A DNA stretch of 64,000 nt from an uncultured virus (IMG/VR IMGVR_UViG_3300033149_004104) (taxonomy: Duplodnaviria; Heunggongvirae; Uroviricota; Caudoviricetes), in IMG/VR virus record IMGVR_UViG_3300033149_004104, positions 1-64,000 of that record. One strand, 5' to 3'. This document shows positions 47,911-55,539 of this stretch, piece after piece (the stretch's first letter is position 1; each line of letters starts with the position of its first letter). The position numbers were made by a program, and so were the translations under genes. Below the pieces are notes generated by a model. That model was not told the origin of the DNA. It searched no databases and worked only from the letters and a program-made list of their open reading frames with translations.

Positions 47911-49701
47911 ATGATTAAAATAATTCAAGTAAAATCAAAAATGAAAGAAATTTTCTCAAATTTTGTATACAGGATGCCCAAAGATCCTGAGTTAATTTTG
48001 TACGATTTTTATTTCTTGACTACTTACGGGAACGATATAGAAACAAATATGCCTGAGGCTGATTTTGCAATAAAAGAGGCTTCTGATGAAATTGTTGAAA
48101 ATCTTCATGCACACATGCTAAAGGCAGTAAAATATGCCCTGTGTGCCGAGATTCGTCATATTTTTGATGCTACAGCAATTGAATCATTAAAACAATTGGT
48201 TGAGAAAAACAAGAACATTGGGGCTTTTATTAAAATGTACTATAAAAAATATCTCACCTTTACAGATGTAGGTAAGGCCCCACTTGATTTTTTACTTGAT
48301 GATAGATCGGGCGAGGCTGACAGATTAAGAAATGTTCTCTCTAAAGAAACCGATTTAAGAAGAAAATGCTCATACAGAGCAGTTACAGAGACACAAAAAG
48401 AGTTGAGGATAACAAACTCTGAACTGTCAAAAATATTTGAATACCTATTTTTGAATCTTGTCTGGCAATCACAATTCGGTGGTTCAGCATGGGCTGATAT
48501 TGCCAAATCTTATTATATGCTTTTAAAAGCCAAGAGGAAAAATGAAAAAATCATCGCTATTGATCATGCTTACGATTTGCAACATAATACCGATACGGTT
48601 TTCAATAAATTACAGTTATATTATAAAGACGGTTATAGTTGGATTAGAAATGCTTTAGATTGGAAAAGGGATGTAGATGATATTCGTTCTTTTTATGAAA
48701 AAGTTTCCCCCCAGCTAAGGAGAATAGTGGCATTTATAGCATACAATGTATATGGGATTACGATGGAGGGGTGGCTTTCCCATTCAGTTGATCAAGATAA
48801 AATTTGGACAGGGGGGTCCTGGAAAGGAGGAACTTGGACAGGAGGGACTTGGGAAAATGGGACATGGGAAAAAGGAATTTGGGAAAACGGTATTTGGGCG
48901 GGTGGAACTTGGGTAAGTGGGGCCTGGAAAGATGGAGTTTGGGAAAGTGGAACTTGGAAATTCGGAACTTGGACGGATGGGACTTGGGAAAATGGAACTT
49001 GGGAAAATGGGATTTGGGAATATGGAACTTGGAAAGATGGAACTTGGATATATGGAATTTGGAAAAACGGAACTTGGTTATTTGGAACTTGGTATGACGG
49101 GATTTGGAAAAAGGGGGTCTGGATATATGGAACTTGGAAAAATGGAACTTGGGAAGATGGAACTTGGAAAAATGGAACCTGGAAAGATGGAACTTGGAGA
49201 AATGGAGTCTGGAAAGATGGAACCTGGAAAAATGGAGTCTGGGAACTTGGAACCTGGAAAGATGGAGTTTGGGAAAGTGGAATTTGGAAATATGGAACTT
49301 GGAAGCTTGGAATCTGGGAACTTGGGACTTGGGAAAATGGAATTTGGGAAGATGGGGATTGGGAAGATGGAACCTGGAAAAATGGAATTTGGAAAGGTGG
49401 GGATTGGGAAGATGGAACCTGGAAAGACGGGATCTGGGAACTTGGAACTTGGAAAGATGGAGTTTGGAAAAGTGGAACTTGGGAGGATGGAGTTTGGAAA
49501 AGTGGAACTTGGGAAAATGGAGCCTGGACAATGGGGACTTGGGAAGATGGGATCTGGGAAAATGGAACTTGGAAAGAAGGAACCTGGAAAGACGGGATAT
49601 GGAAAGGTGGGGGGATATGGAATCCAGAAACAAAAGAATATGAATATAGTAATAAAAACCCATACGAGTGTGAGTGGAGTTTAAGCTATAGAAAGAGATA
49701 A
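47911..49701 (+). CDS. GxWxx-repeat protein, family B
   Basis: Paralog; longest array (more than 50 units). Confidence 0.85.
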   Translation: MIKIIQVKSKMKEIFSNFVYRMPKDPELILYDFYFLTTYGNDIETNMPEADFAIKEASDEIVENLHAHMLKAVKYALCAEIRHIFDATAIESLKQLVEKNKNIGAFIKMYYKKYLTFTDVGKAPLDFLLDDRSGEADRLRNVLSKETDLRRKCSYRAVTETQKELRITNSELSKIFEYLFLNLVWQSQFGGSAWADIAKSYYMLLKAKRKNEKIIAIDHAYDLQHNTDTVFNKLQLYYKDGYSWIRNALDWKRDVDDIRSFYEKVSPQLRRIVAFIAYNVYGITMEGWLSHSVDQDKIWTGGSWKGGTWTGGTWENGTWEKGIWENGIWAGGTWVSGAWKDGVWESGTWKFGTWTDGTWENGTWENGIWEYGTWKDGTWIYGIWKNGTWLFGTWYDGIWKKGVWIYGTWKNGTWEDGTWKNGTWKDGTWRNGVWKDGTWKNGVWELGTWKDGVWESGIWKYGTWKLGIWELGTWENGIWEDGDWEDGTWKNGIWKGGDWEDGTWKDGIWELGTWKDGVWKSGTWEDGVWKSGTWENGAWTMGTWEDGIWENGTWKEGTWKDGIWKGGGIWNPETKEYEYSNKNPYECEWSLSYRKR

Positions 49702-49739
49702 CAAAATAATAAAATTATAGAAAAAAGGGGTTGCCAGCA

Positions 49740-51173
49740 ATGATTAAAATAATTCGAGTAAAACCAAAAATAAAAGAAATTTTCTCAAATTTTGTATACA
49801 GGATGCCTGATGATCCTGAGTTAATTCTGTATGATTTCTATTTCTTGACTACTTATGGGAAAGATATAGAAACAAACATGCCTGAGGCTGATTTTGCGAT
49901 AAACGAAGCGGTCGAACAGATTATTGAAAATCTTCATACCCACATGTTGAAGGCAGTAAAATATGCCTTGTGTGCCGAGATTCGTCATATTTTTGATGCT
50001 ACAGCAACCGAATCATTAAAACAATTAGTTGAAAAAAATAAGAACATTAGAACCTTTATCAAGACATATTATAAAAAATATATCACTTTTACAGAAATAA
50101 GTAGAACACCGCTTGACTTTTTACTCGATGATAGATCGGGCGGGGCTGATAGATTAAGAAACGTTCTTTCTAAAGAAACAGATTCAAAAAGAAAAAGCTC
50201 ATACAGGGCAATTACAGAGACACAAAAAGAGTTAAAGATAACAAACTTGGAACTGTCAAAAATATTTGAATACCTATTTTTGAATCTTGTCTGGCAATCA
50301 CAATTCGGTGGTTCAGCATGGGCTGATATTGCTAAATCTTATTACATGCTTTTAAAAGCCAAAAGGAAAAATGAAAAAATCATTGCCATTGATCATGCCT
50401 ATGATTTGCAGCATAATACTGATACGGTTTTTAATAAGTTGCAGATATACTATAAAGATGGTTATAGTTGGATTAGAGATGCTTTGGATTGGAAAAGGGA
50501 TGTAGAAGATATTCGATTTTTTTACAATAAAGTATCGCCTCAACTACGGAGAATAGTAGCTTTTATAGCGTACAATGTATATGGGATTACGATGGAGGAT
50601 AAACTTTATCAACATGGAGTTTGGACAGGGGGAGCTTGGAAAGGTGGAATTTGGACAGGAGGGACTTGGAAAAAAGGTACTTGGATATATGGAACATGGG
50701 AAAATGGTATTTGGGAAGACGGAACTTGGGAAAGTGGAACTTGGAAAAACGGAACTTGGAAAAACGGAACTTGGAAATTCGGAACTTGGGTAGACGGAAC
50801 TTGGAAAAGAGGTACTTGGGAAAACGGGGTTTGGCAAAATGGAACATGGAAAGATGGAACTTGGATATATGGAATTTGGAAAAGTGGAATTTGGAAAAAT
50901 GGATTCTGGGAGGACGGAATTTGGGAACTTGGAACTTGGGAAAATGGAGATTGGAAGAACGGAACTTGGAGGGATGGGATTTGGAAAGATGGAATTTGGA
51001 AAAATGGAATATGGCAAAATGGAACCTGGGAAAAAGGAGTTTGGAAAGATGGAGTTTGGAAAGATGGAATTTGGAAAAACGGCAAAATATGGAACTCAGA
51101 GACAAGAGAATATGAATATAGTAATAAAAACCCATACGAGTGTGAGTGGAGTTTAAGTTATGGTAAAAAATAA
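49740..51173 (+). CDS. GxWxx-repeat protein, family B (mosaic)
   Basis: Paralog with segments matching 44541, 47911 and 43050. Confidence 0.85.
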   Translation: MIKIIRVKPKIKEIFSNFVYRMPDDPELILYDFYFLTTYGKDIETNMPEADFAINEAVEQIIENLHTHMLKAVKYALCAEIRHIFDATATESLKQLVEKNKNIRTFIKTYYKKYITFTEISRTPLDFLLDDRSGGADRLRNVLSKETDSKRKSSYRAITETQKELKITNLELSKIFEYLFLNLVWQSQFGGSAWADIAKSYYMLLKAKRKNEKIIAIDHAYDLQHNTDTVFNKLQIYYKDGYSWIRDALDWKRDVEDIRFFYNKVSPQLRRIVAFIAYNVYGITMEDKLYQHGVWTGGAWKGGIWTGGTWKKGTWIYGTWENGIWEDGTWESGTWKNGTWKNGTWKFGTWVDGTWKRGTWENGVWQNGTWKDGTWIYGIWKSGIWKNGFWEDGIWELGTWENGDWKNGTWRDGIWKDGIWKNGIWQNGTWEKGVWKDGVWKDGIWKNGKIWNSETREYEYSNKNPYECEWSLSYGKK

Positions 51174-51222
51174 ACTATTTAAATTTAATATTAAAAAATT
51201 ATTTGATTAAAAGGTAAAAAAG

Positions 51223-52566
51223 GTGATAAGATTATACTCTCCGGTAAAATTAAATAAAATTAAACTTCAAAAACTACCTTCAAACTTATATTTTTCTTCT
51301 AAACCTCATGTTCTTGATATTGAAGACTTTATAGAAACTCTCAAAAAATACAATATTTTTGATGTTGTTGTCCTTATGACACGAGAAGAAATAACAGATT
51401 ATTATTTCTATAATTTATTTTCTTTTTATGAAAAAAATAATATAAACTTTATTCATTATCCAATCGAAGATTTGGGAATACCAAAGAGCTTAAAAAGTTT
51501 TGATCTAGTTATACATAGAATAATCGATCTGTTAAATAAAGGTAGAAATGTTATAATTCATTGTAGTGGAGGAGTAGGAAGAAGCGGTCTAGTAATTGTT
51601 GGGGTATTAATGAATATACTTAAAAAACCCCCTAATGTTATTCTAGATGTAATAAGAGATCAAAAATTTATTGTAGAGACTAGAGAACAAGAAATCTTTT
51701 TATCTAATTATTATAAAATGATAAAGGCATCAACTGAACAGTTTAAAGAACAAGAAGATTCAGAGGTTGTTGATCTTAAAAAAGAAATACTTCAAATTGA
51801 ACAAGATATAATTAAACTTAGGGCACAACAGCTTGAAACTGACGATCCCGACGAGATAGAAGATATTAAACGACAAATTGATGATTTGAACCAACAAAAA
51901 CAAGATATAAGCGATAAAATAGTAGATATTAAAGAAAGATTATACAATAAAAAATTGAAAAAATTAAAGGAAGAAATTTCTCTTTTACAAGAAGCTAGAA
52001 TGATTCCTACATTCCCTGGACATGAAATACAAGGGGACGTCTATGATATATGGCAAAATTATAAAAAAGCTATGGAAAAACGCAGACCGGATAGCTATTT
52101 GGAATATGACAAATTTGAATATTATCTGGAAACCTCCGCTTCTGTATATAAATATAAGAATAGTTATGTAATTGGACAATATGATGGAAATTTGTTTATT
52201 CCAACTCATTTTTCACCTGCCGGGTTAAAGGAAGGTATTGATATAATTAAATCGATGAAAAAATATGATAACATTGTATTTATAGTTACTAAAGATCTAA
52301 AAGATATGTTAAATAAGATGGGGTTTAAGACTCTTCCTGTTACGATAATAAGACAATTCAGAGGGGTGGATGTTGAAAAGTCGATAGTCTATTCTAATAT
52401 ATTTTACATAGCTGTTGAGAGAATATGGATGCAATTATTAAGATTGATACAATTTGTAAAAGCTAAATTTAGAAAAGTTACTTTTAATTTAGTAAATAAA
52501 TTTAAAGATCGATTTGATTTTGAAGACGATTTTATTATTGATGAAAAAACATTGTATGATGATTAA
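51223..52566 (+). CDS. Dual-specificity / tyrosine protein phosphatase domain fused to a coiled coil and an unknown C-terminal domain
   Basis: HYPIED acid loop, HCSGGVGRSG (CX5R) active-site motif, VETREQ. Confidence 0.85.
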   Translation: MIRLYSPVKLNKIKLQKLPSNLYFSSKPHVLDIEDFIETLKKYNIFDVVVLMTREEITDYYFYNLFSFYEKNNINFIHYPIEDLGIPKSLKSFDLVIHRIIDLLNKGRNVIIHCSGGVGRSGLVIVGVLMNILKKPPNVILDVIRDQKFIVETREQEIFLSNYYKMIKASTEQFKEQEDSEVVDLKKEILQIEQDIIKLRAQQLETDDPDEIEDIKRQIDDLNQQKQDISDKIVDIKERLYNKKLKKLKEEISLLQEARMIPTFPGHEIQGDVYDIWQNYKKAMEKRRPDSYLEYDKFEYYLETSASVYKYKNSYVIGQYDGNLFIPTHFSPAGLKEGIDIIKSMKKYDNIVFIVTKDLKDMLNKMGFKTLPVTIIRQFRGVDVEKSIVYSNIFYIAVERIWMQLLRLIQFVKAKFRKVTFNLVNKFKDRFDFEDDFIIDEKTLYDD

Positions 52567-52629
52567 AAAAAACAAATATTCAGAATAGAATTACTAATAT
52601 AACGGATAAGTAAAAAGAGGGAGATACAA

Positions 52630-53139
52630 ATGGCTGATGTGAAAAAAATCATACAAGACATAGAAAGTAAAGACCTTAGTAGTACAAATAAACAACAAGC
52701 TGCTTTTGCTGAAATGATAAAAGGATTAGCTTTTAGTGATGATCCTCTCGCAAACAAATTTATGAAAAAAGTGGATAAAGCAATTACTAAAATTGCTAAA
52801 GATGTATTAAGTAAAGAGGAATCCTTTAGTAAATTTATTACTATTTCAAAAAGCGTTCATATTCCAGAATCCAATATTATTCTTACCAAAGGAGATAAAA
52901 TCAGAATTATAGAACAGGATAAATGGATTCAAAAAGCTGTAAAGCACCCTGGAGCGTTATCTAAAGCCCTTGGTATACCGGAAGAGGAAAATATACCAGC
53001 AGCATTACTCAATGCGATTATTAATGCAGAAACCGGAGAGACTATATCAAATCCAACAAAGGTGGGCAAGTCTAGTATCAAAGTAACTACTGAACTTAAA
53101 AGAATGGCTAACTTAGCACGTACCTTAAAAGGGATATAA
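52630..53139 (+). CDS. Late protein with LTKGDKI module and KWIQKAVKHPGAL domain
   Basis: TACTAATAT at 52592; modular sequence. Confidence 0.65.
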   Translation: MADVKKIIQDIESKDLSSTNKQQAAFAEMIKGLAFSDDPLANKFMKKVDKAITKIAKDVLSKEESFSKFITISKSVHIPESNIILTKGDKIRIIEQDKWIQKAVKHPGALSKALGIPEEENIPAALLNAIINAETGETISNPTKVGKSSIKVTTELKRMANLARTLKGI

Positions 53140-53143
53140 CTTA

Positions 53144-53446
53144 ATGAAACAAATTAAAAAAATTTTTCTTTTTATTAAGAAATACTGGTTTGTAGTTGCA
53201 ACTGTTAGTGGCGTAATAATATTTTTTCTTATTAAATTATTTGCTAATACTTCTGTAAAAAAGAACGAAATAAAGCAAAAAATAGAAGTTATTAAAAAGT
53301 CTAATAATGAAACAATTAAAGAAGTAGAAAAAGAAATAAAACAAATGGATGAGGAAATAGAACAGATAAAAAAGAATAGACGGGAGGTTATTAAAAATAA
53401 AAAAGAGCGAGATAAAAAAGCAAAAAAATATTTTAAGGGAATTTAA
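53144..53446 (+). CDS. Membrane-anchored coiled-coil protein (i-spanin-like)
   Basis: One N-terminal TM (YWFVVATVSGVIIFFLIKLF) plus charged coiled coil. Confidence 0.5.
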   Translation: MKQIKKIFLFIKKYWFVVATVSGVIIFFLIKLFANTSVKKNEIKQKIEVIKKSNNETIKEVEKEIKQMDEEIEQIKKNRREVIKNKKERDKKAKKYFKGI

Positions 53447-53458
53447 AACAAGAATATT

Positions 53459-53959
53459 ATGAAAAAATTTTTATCATTTTTAATGATTTTATATATCTCA
53501 TTAAATCATCTTACAGCCGAAGAAGTAAAAATAGACCATCCCAACCCTAATAAAGACCCAATTGTTCTTATTGTCCCCGATACTTACGAGGAGCTTAAAG
53601 AAGCCTATATAGAGATGGCAAAATTGTATCTTGGGGAACGATACGATTTGGAACAGTGCTTATCGGATCAAGAAAAACTTTTTAAAAATTATGATAAAAT
53701 AAAAGAAGAGGTTATTACTCCTCTTATGGATCAACTTAAAAAGAATGAAAAAGCTATTAAAGATATAGCAAATAAAAAAGTAAAAATTGAACCATTTCAA
53801 TTCGGTATATTTCTTCAAACAGGGATAGAACTTAAAAATGAAACAATTATCCATACATTCTACGGAATGCCGTACATACAATTATTTCAAACAATAAATG
53901 TAGGGGTATTTATTGGATATCCTTTACAGTTAGGAATTGGAGCGGGGGTACAATTTTAG
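53459..53959 (+). CDS. Exported protein with coiled coil and C-terminal amphipathic beta strands ending in Phe (spanin-like)
   Basis: Signal peptide MKKFLSFLMILYISLNHLTA; ends VGVFIGYPLQLGIGAGVQF. Confidence 0.45.
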   Translation: MKKFLSFLMILYISLNHLTAEEVKIDHPNPNKDPIVLIVPDTYEELKEAYIEMAKLYLGERYDLEQCLSDQEKLFKNYDKIKEEVITPLMDQLKKNEKAIKDIANKKVKIEPFQFGIFLQTGIELKNETIIHTFYGMPYIQLFQTINVGVFIGYPLQLGIGAGVQF

Positions 53960-54196
53960 ATGATTAAGATATTTTCAAAGTATGAAAAATTAAAGGAAAT
54001 ACTTAGTAGATATAATGTCAAAGATTGGAATCGAGTACAGATGCAAATATGGCTTAAATTAGTACAAGATAACATAGTAGAAATGGACGATATGAATAAA
54101 CTATTCATGTTTGGTCAAATATTTAGTGATTATTTTGATAAATATGGAAAAATAATTCCTTATGATCTAGTAAAGAAAAAATTATCAGAGGTATAA
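53960..54196 (+). CDS. Hypothetical protein with MIKIF...KE leader
   Basis: 78-aa ORF abutting the upstream stop. Confidence 0.55.
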   Translation: MIKIFSKYEKLKEILSRYNVKDWNRVQMQIWLKLVQDNIVEMDDMNKLFMFGQIFSDYFDKYGKIIPYDLVKKKLSEV

Positions 54197-54200
54197 AATT

Positions 54201-54755
54201 GTGGCTATAACCAGGGGATTCAGAACAGATAGTAGTGGAGTATTTATAACGATGACTTGGGCACATGTACTTGCACATAAAGGGGAGGTATTTGAAGTAA
54301 ATGATTATGATGTAGATGTAGACATAGCAGGGCCTAAATACTGGCATTTCAAAACAGCAGATGACGATGAAAATGCGGTTCATTTTCGATATGATGTAAC
54401 TTGTAATGGTGGTGCAATGATAGAGGTCTTTGAAGACTCCACGCTTTCAAACGACGGCACTTCTCTTACTATATTTAACATGAATAGGCAATCTACTAAA
54501 ACTTCCAGTCTTCTGACTGCATATTATGATCCTGCTGTTAGCAGTGACGGAACAAGACTTACTGTTCATGAAATTGGCAGTACGGGAGGCGGGAGCCGTT
54601 TTGCAGGTACAGTACCTGGGTTTCTAGGCGCACTAGAATTTATTCTTAAATCCAATACCTCGTATTTAATAAAGGTAACAGTACGACAAGACGACTCGAC
54701 TGTGGGCATGAATGTATTCTTTTATGAATATAACTATACAGACTTAACTTCATAA
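54201..54755 (+). CDS. Putative virion structural protein
   Basis: Beta-rich, T/S/G-rich; EFILKSNTSYLIKVT; next to the tail module. Confidence 0.5.
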   Translation: MAITRGFRTDSSGVFITMTWAHVLAHKGEVFEVNDYDVDVDIAGPKYWHFKTADDDENAVHFRYDVTCNGGAMIEVFEDSTLSNDGTSLTIFNMNRQSTKTSSLLTAYYDPAVSSDGTRLTVHEIGSTGGGSRFAGTVPGFLGALEFILKSNTSYLIKVTVRQDDSTVGMNVFFYEYNYTDLTS

Positions 54756-54768
54756 TTACTAATATAAT

Positions 54769-55473
54769 ATGGCAGTAGTATCATCATATTACTCTGATAA
54801 AAATTTTCTGAATATAGCATACGCAATTGATCTTTCTCTAATAAGCCATTTCTCATCTATGTTATTTAATAATGATGTTAACAGGGTACAGTATTCTAGC
54901 AATGCATACGCCATGAGAAAAAGAAGCGATAATAATAATGGGCGACTAGATTTACCGTTTTTAAATTTCAAAGCTGTTAGCTATGAACCAGGAGAAAGAG
55001 CTTGGTGGAATGCCTCTGCATATACAAAAGGCGTTTATATACCCGAATTATCACAAAAAATAAAAATGGCGCCTGTAACAATTGGATATGAAGCATCTAT
55101 TTGGCTACATAAAGATAGTGATTTACGATACGCCTTTAGTGAACTTATCTTTGATGCAGATAATAAAACAATTTTAAATGTTCAACAGGCGACATATATA
55201 GATATTAATGGACAAACAGTATCTCTTCCTACAGTATTAAATTATACAGGGCTTGATTTTGAACCCGAGTACAATGAACAAGACTGGTTAGAACGGAATA
55301 ATATTCACAGTGCTAGTTTAGATTTTGAGATAGGTACATTTGCTATAAAATCAAATGATAATATATGTATCCCCGAGAGAGTATTGTTTAACTTTGCTAA
55401 TACTAAGGATATGAAAAATTATACTTACGATGAAGTATATAACTTTTTAGTTGAAGATTTAAATAGCAAATGA
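54769..55473 (+). CDS. Tail completion / sheath terminator-like protein
   Basis: TACTAATAT at 54757; LDLPF..., PVTIGYEASIW pattern; immediately before the sheath. Confidence 0.55.
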   Translation: MAVVSSYYSDKNFLNIAYAIDLSLISHFSSMLFNNDVNRVQYSSNAYAMRKRSDNNNGRLDLPFLNFKAVSYEPGERAWWNASAYTKGVYIPELSQKIKMAPVTIGYEASIWLHKDSDLRYAFSELIFDADNKTILNVQQATYIDINGQTVSLPTVLNYTGLDFEPEYNEQDWLERNNIHSASLDFEIGTFAIKSNDNICIPERVLFNFANTKDMKNYTYDEVYNFLVEDLNSK

Positions 55474-55539
55474 TTAACTTTTTAATAGTTCTTTTACTAA
55501 TATAATGTAATATACGTGAAAAGAAAAGGAGACTAATAT

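Larger units (their letters stand above)
27355..51090 (+). repeat. Thirteen dispersed coding arrays of a degenerate 15-nt unit (consensus GGAACTTGGAAARAT, G-T-W-K-D/N)
   Basis: Tandem arrays of about 240-800 nt near the 3' end of each GxWxx gene. Confidence 0.95.

Noticed and set aside
28400..51090. Repeat arrays as CRISPR arrays
   Set aside because: Units are contiguous degenerate 15-mers with codon-position variation and no unique spacers; no cas genes are present.
27311..51156. Dozens of overlapping ORFs in other frames and on the minus strand of the repeat arrays (ELGKM, WNLER, FHLSK, PSSIF repeats)
   Set aside because: They are shadows of the stop-poor 15-nt unit, confined to the arrays and lacking RBSs. 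Only the GxWxx frame joins the conserved N-domains and C-tag.
27163..51173. Diversity-generating retroelement behind the variable repeats
   Set aside because: No reverse transcriptase in the window, no non-coding template repeat, and differences are not restricted to adenines. An RT elsewhere in the genome cannot be excluded.
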